Of a stretch of DNA of 64,000 nucleotides, positions 20,192 to 29,197 are shown in pieces. The translations under genes were made by a program, and so were the position numbers. Under the pieces are notes generated by a model that saw only the letters and a list, made by a program, of their open reading frames with translations, had not been told where the DNA came from and did no database searches. Positions within the stretch are counted from its first letter, which is position 1. Each line of letters opens with the position of its first letter. This stretch comes from an uncultured Gemmatimonadaceae bacterium. Lineage in GTDB: Bacteria > Gemmatimonadota > Gemmatimonadetes > Gemmatimonadales > Gemmatimonadaceae. The DNA lies in assembly GCA_963817955.1 (NCBI GenBank), contig CAWFQK010000004.1:160001-224000 (forward strand), given 5' to 3'.

Positions 20192-20241
20192 GAAGAAATC
20201 GAGAGGCCCCGACCCACCGGCCGGGGCCTCTCTATTTCTTC
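20192..20241. terminator. Strong (likely bidirectional) terminator hairpin
   Basis: GAAGAAAT-C-GAGAGGCCCCG...CGGGGCCTCTC-T-ATTTCTTC. Confidence 0.7.
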
Positions 20242-20456
20242 GTCTACCGCTCAGGCACCGCAGCCAGAACTACGAGAGAGCGTGCCCGGTCCGCCGACCC
20301 TCAGCGCCCAAACGACTTCCGCGAGCCGGCGGCATGCCTGTGCGACAACTCGGGCTCTCCGCTGAGGGCGCTCCGAGATGCCGATCCCCTTCGCCTGACA
20401 ACGGCCGTGCGCGGCACGGACCTCAGCGGCCTGCGCCCAGCGGCCGGCGTGGCTGA

Positions 20457-20783
20457 CAGCATGCAGCCACGCAGAACCACAGCCGGCCGACGTCGAACCC
20501 GTCCAACGGCCGCACCGGGCACCGCGGGGCCGAAGGCGTCGAGGAGCCCAAGGTCACGTGGTTCAAGGAATCGGGGGACATCGAGGCGGAAATGGACGTG
20601 GGGATCATCCTCACGGGCGAGCGCCTCGTGGGGTGCGTGGCGCCGCGCACGGCGTGGCTCGTGAAGCAGCGCCGGGGCATCGCCAACGTCTCGGCCACGT
20701 ACATGTTCGATCAGGCCACCTGCGTGTTCGACCCGGACGCCCCGGCGAGCGGGCCCGCGGCCGGGTCGTTGTTCGCCCCATGA
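20457..20783 (+). pseudogene. DnaB-like replicative helicase C-terminal fragment
   Basis: Open frame reads EPKVTWFKESGDIEAEMDVGIIL...LVKQRRG (cf. 'P.LSDLRESGSIEQDADVV...KQRNG'). Confidence 0.65.
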
Positions 20784-20853
20784 CCACCCCCATGACCACC
20801 CCTCCCCCATGACCACCCCCATGACCACCCCCATGACCACCCTCATGACCACC
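20780..20853 (+). repeat. Tandem 12-mer ATGACCACCCCC x6
   Basis: ATGACCACC at 20780, 20792, 20809, 20821, 20833, 20845. Confidence 0.9.
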
Positions 20854-20929
20854 GGGCGGCCCGCGCCCGCGCCCGCGCAGGCCCCGGGGCACGCCCCCAT
20901 CCTGGTGACGTATGACCTGGGGGCGCGCA

Positions 20930-21107
20930 CCCGCAAGGCGGTGACGTTGCCGCCGGCAAACCGGATCGCGCGCGCTTCGAGCGGCAAGCGGGGATCAGTG
21001 ATTACGAGCGTCGCGAACACATCGGCGCTCTCGATTCCGTCGTACTCCTCCAGCACCGTGTCAATGATTTGCACGGCGTGATTGTTGATGCGGATGGTCT
21101 GTGCCAT
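20930..21107 (-). pseudogene. Probable truncated phage-like gene (3' boundary approximate)
   Basis: GGAGA RBS before ATG 21107; MAQTIRINNHAVQIIDTVLEEYDG... then runs antisense into the repeat/DnaB fragment. Confidence 0.4.
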
Positions 21108-21599
21108 AGTCGTTCTCCGGTGTGGTGGTGGTGGTGTGATTGGTCGGTGGTCCTGGCTGCTACAGCTCCCGTAGTGATGTCGGCGCGAGCTGGCGGAGTG
21201 CTTCGTGTCCGTGCGCCCATGAACCTCTCGCAGAGCGTAGTCGCAGGGGGCTGAGCCGGTGGCGGCCGCGCGCTTCGCGATCGTCACCGCAGATGCCCAA
21301 TTCCGGCTCTGCGGCGATGAGGCGACGCGCCGTGAACGGATCGGCACCGCGCGCGTCACCGTTCAAAACGGGTTTTCGTTGTCGGTCGAGCGGGTCGCGG
21401 CAGAAAACGCCGAGCGACTGCGCGCACGGCGTCCGCGATTCTTGGCGTTGGCCGGGCACGTCCGAAGAACGCGATTGGCCGGCTGGCTGGCGAGCGGATC
21501 GAGCTGGTCAAAACAGGTCGTGCACATGGGGACATCCGGGAGGAGTGCGGAGCACTGTGCTTCTGCCGGGCACGCTGTCGGGCGCGCGCGAGCGAGACG

Positions 21600-21815
21600 G
21601 TGTGCGAGGCGTGCGGCGCGCCGGGCCGGGACTGGGGCCGGGAGGACTATGACGCGGCGTGCGCGGCCGGTGCGAGCCCGCCGCGGTGGGAGATCACCCT
21701 GTGTTCGGGCTGCGGCTGGCGATTGTTCTACGAAGGCGCGCGGGGGCGGCCGGCGATTCGAGGCGATGTCACGCTGGACGGTTGCGACGGCGACGGCGAC
21801 CTGGACGACCTTTGA
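21600..21815 (+). CDS. Small phage-like zinc-finger protein or fragment
   Basis: CEACGAPGR...LCSGCG paired CxxC motifs. Confidence 0.4.
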   Translation: MCEACGAPGRDWGREDYDAACAAGASPPRWEITLCSGCGWRLFYEGARGRPAIRGDVTLDGCDGDGDLDDL

Positions 21816-22051
21816 GCGAGGGATCCCCAACAGGCCCGGAGCTCGCGGCTGTTGTCCGCCGGGCCCTCCTCGCGAACTGGCGCCTCTACCTCGGCCACGG
21901 ACCTGAAACGGCCCCAGCCCGGGGGCGTCTCGAAGTGGTTCTGCTGAGCATCGCTCGGCTGCGCTGGCTCGAGTCAATCTTCGATGCGGCCGGGGCGGAC
22001 CCGGAGCACGTCGAGTTCGCGCTGGACTTGGGGCTACTCGAGCGGCGGTAG
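21812..22051 (+). CDS. Hypothetical protein (79 aa)
   Basis: TTG start overlaps the upstream TGA; helical composition. Confidence 0.35.
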   Translation: MSEGSPTGPELAAVVRRALLANWRLYLGHGPETAPARGRLEVVLLSIARLRWLESIFDAAGADPEHVEFALDLGLLERR

Positions 22052-22333
22052 GCCGTGCTTCGCGCGCAACGCGGCCGCCGGCGCGGTCGGCGCGGTCGGC
22101 GATGCTTTGCCCAGCGCCTCGAGCAGAGCGTGCCGGTCGCTCGCGTCCTCAAGCAGGGGCTGGAACTCCGGCGGGACGTCGAGCTGATCCAATACCTCGA
22201 GTCGCAGCCGGACGATGGCCGCGAGTCGCGGCACGTCCGCCCCGTTGGCCCGGGCCTCCAACTCTGCGAGCTCCGCGGGCGTGGGGAGCGGCACCTCATG
22301 CCGCTGGTCGGGGCGGTCGGGTTCCTTTGGCAT
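22034..22333 (-). CDS. Hypothetical protein (99 aa)
   Basis: MPKEPDRP...LAELEARANGADVPRLAAIVRLRL, protein-like composition. Confidence 0.45.
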   Translation of the reverse strand: MPKEPDRPDQRHEVPLPTPAELAELEARANGADVPRLAAIVRLRLEVLDQLDVPPEFQPLLEDASDRHALLEALGKASPTAPTAPAAALRAKHGLPPLE

Positions 22334-22589
22334 GCCGGAATTCAGGGGATCCGTCGTCCGGATACGCGTACGCTCACACGGGCGAGAGGTCCAAGGACGC
22401 GAAGCGCCGTTGGAATCAGCTGGGACCCGAGCGCAGACAGGGGTGGGAAGGTGCGGCCTGCTGGGCGCGCAACTTGGCAAAACGGCATGCCCGATCCCGA
22501 TGCCGTCAATTGATCGTTGACCTCTGGCGGCATGACAATTTCACCTGTCACTTTCATAGAGGGAAAGGGCATGTGTGGCGAAGTGGCAG

Positions 22590-22609
22590 TGGTGGTAAGA
22601 ATGGTGGTA
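22590..22609 (+). repeat. Putative integrase arm-type site
   Basis: Identical to 7641-7660. Confidence 0.7.
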
Positions 22610-22715
22610 ATTCGATGTGCCGACATGTGCCGTCATTCGGCGTCATTGCATTGGTGAACGCCCGGTCGCACCTGGGGAAACGCCGCCATCGGGCGCCATT
22701 AACTGCCCACTGAAT

Positions 22716-22775
22716 GGGACTTAAAATCCCTTTCCCGCAAGGGAGTCCGGGTTCGAGTCCCGGTCCTGGCATTCG
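22716..22775 (+). repeat. attR-type repeat: displaced 3' part of tRNA-Leu
   Basis: Identical to 7510-7569; lacks the tRNA 5' half. Confidence 0.95.
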
Positions 22776-22803
22776 GTTGGCGCGCCACAGTTTAGTGTTC
22801 AAT

Positions 22804-22842
22804 AACAACGGGCCCTCGTCTTGCGAGGGCCCGTCTGTTGTT
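22804..22842 (+). terminator. Probable original tRNA operon terminator
   Basis: ACGGGCCCTCG-tcttg-CGAGGGCCCGT-ctgttgtt. Confidence 0.65.
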
Positions 22843-22885
22843 CGTGGCAAGAAGAACCATAGTGGTGCATCACGGCTCCGACCCC

Positions 22886-24187
22886 ATGGACCAGTCACAC
22901 GGCGTGCCTCGCCCTCGCGTGATCATCATCGGCTCCGGATTCGCTGGGCTCGCAGCGGCGCGCGTGCTCGGCCGTACGGAAGTGGACGTCACGCTGCTCG
23001 ATCGCACGAATCACCACCTCTTCCAGCCGCTGCTCTATCAAGTGGCCACGGCCACGCTGTCCGCGCCGGACATCACGGCACCGATCCGCTGGCTGGTACG
23101 CAAACGGCGGAACATGGAAGTGTTGATGGCCGAGGTCGTGTCGATCGATCCCGGGCGACGCGTCGTTCGTCTCGACGACTCGACCGAGCTCGCGTACGAT
23201 TACCTGCTCGTCGCGGCCGGCGCGCACCACTCGTACTTCGGCCATGATGAATGGGAGCGTTACGCGCCCGGTCTCAAGAGCATTGACGATGCGCTGGAGA
23301 TCCGACGTCGCTTCCTGCTCGCGTTCGAGATGGCCGAGCGCGCCGAGAGTGACGCGGAGCGCTCGGCTTGGCTTACATTCGTCATCGTCGGGGCCGGACC
23401 AACGGGTGTCGAGCTGGCGGGAATGCTTCCCACCGTCGCACGCTTCTCGCTCCGCGCCGATTTCCGGCGCATCGACACGGCCGCCGCGCGAGTGTTCCTG
23501 CTCGAGGGCGGCTCTCGTGTATTACCGAGCTTTCCCGAGGATCTTGCCGCGAGCGCGGCGGCTGATCTGCGCGCACTCGGCGTTCAGCTGCGGACGAACT
23601 CGGTGGTGACCGGCGTCGACGAAGGAGGTGTGTGGGTAGGCGACGAACGGATTGTCGCGCGTACGGTGTTCTGGGCCGCCGGTAATGCCGCGTCGCCGTT
23701 AGGCCGCATGCTCGGTGCGCCCGTGGATCGGGCTGGCCGCGTGATAGTCGACGCGGACCTCAGCATATCAGGCCACCCGGAAGTCTTCGTTGCTGGCGAT
23801 CTGGCCGCGATGGCGACCGATGGCAAGGCCGTGCCCGGCGTTGCTCCGGCTGCCATGCAGAGTGGCGCGGTGGCCGCGCGCAACATCCTGCGCCGCGTGC
23901 GAGGTGACGACCCACAGACCTTCCGCTACCGCAACAAGGGCGATCTCGCGACCATCGGTCGTTGGAAAGCGATCGCTGCGTTCGGCAACGTACACGTGCG
24001 CGGCCTGGCCGCGTGGGTGCTCTGGCTGTTCGTCCACATCATGTATCTGGCGGGCTTTCGGAACCGCGTCAGTGTGCTCGTCGAGTGGGCCTGGGCGTTC
24101 TTCACGTACGAGCGTGGCGCACGGCTGATCGAGCGCCCGGTGGGCGCACCGGCGCGGCTCGGCAGAGCGGTCAACGACATCCGGTGA
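22886..24187 (+). CDS. ndh: Type II NADH dehydrogenase family FAD oxidoreductase
   Basis: IIGSGFAG, HLFQPLLYQVAT, IVGAGPTGVELAG, AGDLA, PGVAPAAMQ, FRYRNKGDLATIGR. Confidence 0.88.
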   Translation: MDQSHGVPRPRVIIIGSGFAGLAAARVLGRTEVDVTLLDRTNHHLFQPLLYQVATATLSAPDITAPIRWLVRKRRNMEVLMAEVVSIDPGRRVVRLDDSTELAYDYLLVAAGAHHSYFGHDEWERYAPGLKSIDDALEIRRRFLLAFEMAERAESDAERSAWLTFVIVGAGPTGVELAGMLPTVARFSLRADFRRIDTAAARVFLLEGGSRVLPSFPEDLAASAAADLRALGVQLRTNSVVTGVDEGGVWVGDERIVARTVFWAAGNAASPLGRMLGAPVDRAGRVIVDADLSISGHPEVFVAGDLAAMATDGKAVPGVAPAAMQSGAVAARNILRRVRGDDPQTFRYRNKGDLATIGRWKAIAAFGNVHVRGLAAWVLWLFVHIMYLAGFRNRVSVLVEWAWAFFTYERGARLIERPVGAPARLGRAVNDIR

Positions 24188-24297
24188 GTGGCCGTTGGGA
24201 ACGCGCTATGCTGGTATCCCTGCTCGAGTCAGGCGCATGTCGCGGGCCGGGTGTCGATCATTCACCGGCCGAGAACGCCGCAACACAGGGATAGACA

Positions 24298-24735
24298 ATG
24301 GATCAGTCCGAGACCACTCCATCCGCGGGCGTTGATGCACGGCACAGTCCCTTCTACGAGTGGATGGACAACTCGAGCATTCGAGATCTCGTGCGTCGCG
24401 GCATCGAGCTCTCTGTCGGTGAACGGCTCATGGTCATCAAGGGCCTGATGCCCGGGCTGGTCGAGGCCATGGGACTCGCAAAGTTCGACGCGTTCCTGGA
24501 AGAGGTTGGCGTCAAGGCACACCGGTTCCAGGAAGCCATCGATCATCCCGGAGAAGGTCGCGCATCCAGAGCCACTCCTGGCGAGGAGATCGGTGGACCG
24601 ACGCCCGATGGTCACGACCATATGCCGACCCCGCGAGACGCCAACCATCGCGGTGCGCGCGAGGCCGAGCGGACCCTCGAGCGGGAGCTGTGGACGCGAA
24701 CACAGGATGGGCCGCGCGCGGACGAAGGGATCTGA
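24298..24735 (+). CDS. Hypothetical protein (145 aa)
   Basis: ORF fills the gap upstream of transketolase, same strand. Confidence 0.7.
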   Translation: MDQSETTPSAGVDARHSPFYEWMDNSSIRDLVRRGIELSVGERLMVIKGLMPGLVEAMGLAKFDAFLEEVGVKAHRFQEAIDHPGEGRASRATPGEEIGGPTPDGHDHMPTPRDANHRGAREAERTLERELWTRTQDGPRADEGI

Positions 24736-24753
24736 CAAACGACGAGGCCGCTC

Positions 24754-26679
24754 ATGGGCATGATCACCACTGGCAACACCAACGCTCCGCGCACGCACCA
24801 ACGCTCCTCGGCAACGCTCCACGCGATCGCCACGCAACTCCGCATCGACTGCGTGCAGGCGACGACCGCGGCCGGGAGCGGGCACCCCACGAGCTGCGCA
24901 TCAGCAGCAGAGATCATGGCGGTGCTGTTCTTCGACGTGATGCGCTACGACGTGCAGGTGCCGCGCGCGCCATACAACGACGTCTTCGTTCTCTCCAAAG
25001 GCCATGCGGCGCCGATTCTCTATGCAGCATGGGCCGAGGCGGGCGCGTTTCCGCGTGAGCATTTGCTCACGTTGCGGCAACTCGGCTCGGACCTCGAAGG
25101 CCACCCGACTCCGCGCGTGCCATTCGTCGATGTGGCCACGGGCTCGCTCGGGCAAGGCCTCTCGGCGGGCATCGGGCTCGCACTCGACGCGCGACTGCTC
25201 GGTGTCGGGCGCCGCACATACGTGCTGTTGGGCGATGGCGAGAGCGCCGAGGGCTCGGTATGGGAAGCAGCTGAACTTGGCGCGCGCTATCAACTCGGCA
25301 GCCTGTGCGCCACGATCGACATCAATCGGCTGGGGCAGAGCCAGCCGACGATGCTCCAGTACGACACGGATGCGTACAAGGCTCGTTGGGAATCGTTTGG
25401 TTGGCAGGCCATCGTGGTGGATGGCCACGACATCGACGCGTTGCGCGCTGCATATCGGTTGGCGGCGGACGTGAACGACCGGCCGACGATCGTGCTCGCC
25501 CATACGGTGAAGGGAAAGGGCCTGCCGGCTATCGAGGGCAAGGAAGGATGGCACGGCAAGGCGCTCTCAGCCGATGATGCGAAGCGCGCGGTGTCGGCAC
25601 TCGAGCAGGAGCTACACGGACAACGCGGGCCGTGGCCGCCGCGGCCGCCGCGGCCGCCGCGGCCGCCCGTTGGCGATACTGGCGACGCGCAGCCGGATGG
25701 CGCAACACGCCGGAGCGGTGCGACACCGAAACCTCCATATGTCGTGGGCGGAAAGCCATTCGCGCCGCGCAAGGCGTTTGGCGCAGCGCTCGCCGCGATT
25801 GGTCGCGACTGGCCCGCCGTCGTCGCGATCGATGGGGACGTAGAGAACTCGACGTTCACCGAAGATTTCCAGGCCGTCGCGCCGGAACGCTTCTTCGAAG
25901 GGTTCATCGCCGAGCAGAACATGGTGGGCATGGCAATGGGCCTGGCCGCGCGAGACCGGGTTCCATTCGTGTCGACGTTCGGCGCGTTCTTCGCCCGCGC
26001 GTTCGATTTCGCGCGCATGGCTTGCGTGGGCGGTACCGCGATCAAGCTGGCGGGCACGCACGTCGGCGTCTCGATCGGCGAGGACGGGCCGTCGCAGATG
26101 GGCCTGGAGGACCTCGCGATGATGTGCGCCGAACCGAACATGACCGTACTGTATCCGGCGGACGCGACCAGCGCGTGGCGCGCGACGGAACTCGTGGCCT
26201 CGCATCCTGGTCCGTGCTATCTACGGTTGGGACGGCCGGATGCGCCGATCATCTACGGCCCAGACGAACAGTTCAAGGTCGGCCAATGCAAGGTGCTGCG
26301 ACAGGGGGAACACGATCGCGCACTCGTAGTGGCGGGCGGCGTGACGGTGGCCGAAGCGTTGTCGGCGCACGACGAGCTCGCGAAGGCGGGTATCCCTACG
26401 CGGGTGATCGACCTGTTCAGCGTCCAACCCATAGACCGTGACGGGCTCATTACGGCGGCGCGTGCCTGTGGCGGCGTCGTCATCACGGTGGAGGATCACT
26501 ATGCTCACGGCGGCATGGGCGACGCGGTGCTAGCGGCGCTCGCCGAAGATCGATGCGCCGTACACAAGCTTGCCGTGCGCGAGATACCGCATAGTGGCAA
26601 GCCGAAAGAACTGCTCGCTCACTATGGCATCTCGGCAAGTCACATCGTTGCGGCAGTGAGAGCGGCGGTGCTCACGTGA
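24754..26679 (+). CDS. tkt: Transketolase (single chain, ~640 aa type)
   Basis: SGHPTSC, LSKGHAAP, EGHP, TGSLGQG, GDGE TPP motif, IAEQNM, GEDGPSQMGLED. Confidence 0.92.
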   Translation: MGMITTGNTNAPRTHQRSSATLHAIATQLRIDCVQATTAAGSGHPTSCASAAEIMAVLFFDVMRYDVQVPRAPYNDVFVLSKGHAAPILYAAWAEAGAFPREHLLTLRQLGSDLEGHPTPRVPFVDVATGSLGQGLSAGIGLALDARLLGVGRRTYVLLGDGESAEGSVWEAAELGARYQLGSLCATIDINRLGQSQPTMLQYDTDAYKARWESFGWQAIVVDGHDIDALRAAYRLAADVNDRPTIVLAHTVKGKGLPAIEGKEGWHGKALSADDAKRAVSALEQELHGQRGPWPPRPPRPPRPPVGDTGDAQPDGATRRSGATPKPPYVVGGKPFAPRKAFGAALAAIGRDWPAVVAIDGDVENSTFTEDFQAVAPERFFEGFIAEQNMVGMAMGLAARDRVPFVSTFGAFFARAFDFARMACVGGTAIKLAGTHVGVSIGEDGPSQMGLEDLAMMCAEPNMTVLYPADATSAWRATELVASHPGPCYLRLGRPDAPIIYGPDEQFKVGQCKVLRQGEHDRALVVAGGVTVAEALSAHDELAKAGIPTRVIDLFSVQPIDRDGLITAARACGGVVITVEDHYAHGGMGDAVLAALAEDRCAVHKLAVREIPHSGKPKELLAHYGISASHIVAAVRAAVLT

Positions 26680-26707
26680 TCTGTCATGTGAGCACCGCCG
26701 CGTAGAC

Positions 26708-27016
26708 TCACGATTTGGCGGAAGGTCGTCGTTCTGCCCGCCCCATCAGTGTGGCGAGTTCGTCGTCGGACAAGAGCATCCAACCGTTGGGGATCGGTGC
26801 GAGTCGCGCCCGTGCATGCCGGCCCTGAAACGCCAGCCAACCCTCGCGAAGCTCAGCTGGGATGGCCAGGTGAAACTGGCCTTGCTGCCGCCGCTCCTCC
26901 GTATCCCGCGACTCCGAACGACGCTCGACCTCAAGCCGCCGCTCGACCGCGGAGGGATGAACCTCCCAGGCCTCCCACGCGCTCCCTTCCGAATCCGTGA
27001 ACCGCCGGTACGACAT
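26708..27016 (-). CDS. Small hypothetical protein with ERR repeats
   Basis: MSYRRFTDSEG.AWEAWEV...ERR..ERR..ERR...GWLAF...RLAPIP. Confidence 0.7.
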   Translation of the reverse strand: MSYRRFTDSEGSAWEAWEVHPSAVERRLEVERRSESRDTEERRQQGQFHLAIPAELREGWLAFQGRHARARLAPIPNGWMLLSDDELATLMGRAERRPSAKS

Positions 27017-27115
27017 TTCGCCTACGCCCATATTGACTGTTACCGACTATGGAAGGGCAAAACGTGCGCCGAAACTCGCGGTCCCCTGATTGGCAGAGGC
27101 AGGTCCGCCGTTTCA

Positions 27116-27664
27116 TCAGGCTGGTGCGGCGGCGGCCGATCGACTGATTCGCCGCGTAGCCGTTCGCCCAACACGGCGAGCGTACACGTCGGCCGGATCC
27201 TCAGCGGGCTTGGCAAATTTTCCGTCGCCGTCCACTTGCACCCAGTTCTGCTCGTAGGCGTACAGTTCGTGCGCGACGCCGAACCGAACCGCCGCGCGCT
27301 TGAACGCGTCGGTGGCGGCCTGCTTGTAGTCCCGGCCGGTGCCGACGTCCTCGCGGATCACTCCGAGAATCTGCAGCCTGGCCTTGAACGAGCAGGCTGC
27401 CTCGCCGGTCTCGTCGGACGCCAGCGACGGCAACAGCTCGAGCGTGAGATCCCATTCTCCAGGGACCACGCCGTCCAGTCGCTCGCGAACCGTGTTCGCG
27501 TCCACGTAGGCAACGAACCGCGCAAAGAACTTTCCGTCGCGCTGAATCGGCCGGCCATCCTGCCGCCAGGAAATCACGCCTGCCGGCAGCGGAGCCGACA
27601 GTTGCGCCCAGATGTCCTTCGCGTCTGCGGCCTTTTCTACCATCGCGTCATGTCGTGCGATCAT
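27116..27664 (-). CDS. Rad52/Rad22-family single-strand annealing protein
   Basis: AYVDANTVRERLD, REDVG, KQAATDAFKRAAVRFGV..ELY; ATG overlaps the upstream stop. Confidence 0.85.
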   Translation of the reverse strand: MIARHDAMVEKAADAKDIWAQLSAPLPAGVISWRQDGRPIQRDGKFFARFVAYVDANTVRERLDGVVPGEWDLTLELLPSLASDETGEAACSFKARLQILGVIREDVGTGRDYKQAATDAFKRAAVRFGVAHELYAYEQNWVQVDGDGKFAKPAEDPADVYARRVGRTATRRISRSAAAAPA

Positions 27665-28059
27665 ACTCTCATCCTCGCGTTGTGATTCGGTCCATGTTGT
27701 CGTGCGCCAACACCGGATTTCCGTGCATGCGGCACTGCGGGGCAGTTCCGTCCATGCACGCAGTACCAGCCGTGCCGGTCGAAGAACACCAAGTGCGAGA
27801 GCGCCGGCCCCGACGGCGGCTGCTCGTCGATTCGATACAGCCGCTGCACGGATGTGCCCGGTCCACACTTTTTGATCGGATCGAGTTCCCGAATGCGAAA
27901 CGTGGACTTGGGAGCGGCAGGCTTCTTTGCCGCTGCCGGCCTTCTCGCCTTCTCGGCTTTCTTTCCCTTCTCGGCCTTCTTTCCCCGAACAGCCTTCACC
28001 CCCCGAACCCGCTTCAGCGGTTTGGTGCGCCGAACCCGCTTCTTGTTGACTCTGCTCAC
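27661..28059 (-). CDS. Hypothetical protein: Lys-rich N-terminus, Cys/His C-domain
   Basis: KKAEKGKKAEK tail; WYCVHGRNC...H motif; translationally coupled to the Rad52-like gene. Confidence 0.7.
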   Translation of the reverse strand: MSRVNKKRVRRTKPLKRVRGVKAVRGKKAEKGKKAEKARRPAAAKKPAAPKSTFRIRELDPIKKCGPGTSVQRLYRIDEQPPSGPALSHLVFFDRHGWYCVHGRNCPAVPHARKSGVGARQHGPNHNARMRV

Positions 28060-28201
28060 TTCCTCTCCGTATTTCAGTCGCGAATCCAGCGAAGATTCGG
28101 GGTATGTTCGGTGACGTGAAGTTTAATATTTGGTACTCCGACGGTCAATGGAAGGGGGGTGAAACTGTGATGCACGCAGAGGATCGGCTAACTTTGCCGA
28201 C

Positions 28202-29197
28202 ATGACCGACGTCGTCGCCCTCGCTGCCGAATTGCTCACGATCGACTCGTCCACCGGTGCCGAAGGCGGCACGGTGGATTTCGTTTCAAAATGGCTTGTC
28301 GCCCGCGGATGGAACGTGTCGCTGCAGGAGGTCACGCGCGGGCGTGCGAATGTTTGGGCCTCGCGTTCCGGCCACGGCGTCACATTGTCGACGCACCTCG
28401 ATACTGTGCCGCCATACACGGCACCGCGCCTCGAGGGCGATCGGCTGTACGGCCGCGGCGCCTGCGACGCAAAGGGTATCGCTGCCGCCATGCTCGTGGC
28501 CGCGGACAACCTGGCGAATGGAGGTGAGCAACGCGTCGATCTGTTGTTTGTCGTCGGGGAGGAAAAGGGGTCGGACGGCGCGCGCGCCGCGAACCGCCTT
28601 GCCGCCACGAGCAAGTTCCTCGTCAACGGCGAGCCGACGGAAAGCAAACTCGCCAGTGGCGCCAAAGGATCGCTTCGCGTCACCGTGCGTACGCGGGGTC
28701 GGGCGGCGCATTCGGCGTATTCGCACCTCGGCGAGTCCGCAATCACGCCCATGCTCGCACTCTTGCCAACTGTGGAGCACTTGCAATTGCCCACCGACGA
28801 GCTGCTCGGTGAGACAACCGTGAATATCGGCACGTTGCGCGGCGGTACCGAGGCGAACATCGTCCCGGCGGAGGCGGAAGCCGAGATGATGTTCCGGATC
28901 GTGGGCGACGTGAAGCCGGTTCGCGCCAAGATCGACGCCTGGGCCAAGGGACGCGCCGAGCTGGAGTACGGATCGTACATCCCGGCGCAGCACTTTCATA
29001 CGCTGCCAGGCTTTGACGCCGCACCGGTGGCGTACACATCGGATATCCCGCTGCTCGGCAAGTGGGGTACGCCGTTGCTGTTCGGGCCGGGATCAATCCT
29101 CGTAGCACACACGCCCGATGAGTACATCGACGTCAACGAGCTCCGTGCGGCAGTCGACGCATACGAGCGCATCGTGCGGAGCCTGTTGAGCGCATGA
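28202..29197 (+). CDS. M20 metallopeptidase (ArgE/DapE family)
   Basis: THLDTV, GRGACDAKG, GEE, GEPT, AHS, AHTPDE; first gene of the DAP operon. Confidence 0.88.
   Translation: MTDVVALAAELLTIDSSTGAEGGTVDFVSKWLVARGWNVSLQEVTRGRANVWASRSGHGVTLSTHLDTVPPYTAPRLEGDRLYGRGACDAKGIAAAMLVAADNLANGGEQRVDLLFVVGEEKGSDGARAANRLAATSKFLVNGEPTESKLASGAKGSLRVTVRTRGRAAHSAYSHLGESAITPMLALLPTVEHLQLPTDELLGETTVNIGTLRGGTEANIVPAEAEAEMMFRIVGDVKPVRAKIDAWAKGRAELEYGSYIPAQHFHTLPGFDAAPVAYTSDIPLLGKWGTPLLFGPGSILVAHTPDEYIDVNELRAAVDAYERIVRSLLSA

Larger units (their letters stand above)
7570..22775. mobile_element. Decayed tRNA-Leu-integrated island (phage/satellite-like), ~15.2 kb, no integrase found
   Basis: 60-bp att duplication, 20-bp arm-type repeats near both ends, IS remnants, phage gene fragments, iteron cluster. 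Confidence 0.9.

Noticed and set aside
22340..22420. Integrase C-terminal remnant ('YAH') near attR
   Set aside because: Only a tripeptide; no HxxR or LGH motif in frame
22716..22775. Second tRNA-Leu gene
   Set aside because: Lacks the 5' acceptor strand and D-arm; it is the att duplicate
28102..28120. Deinococcus RDRM-like or SOS box upstream of the Rad52 pair
   Set aside because: Half-site spacing off and palindrome weak
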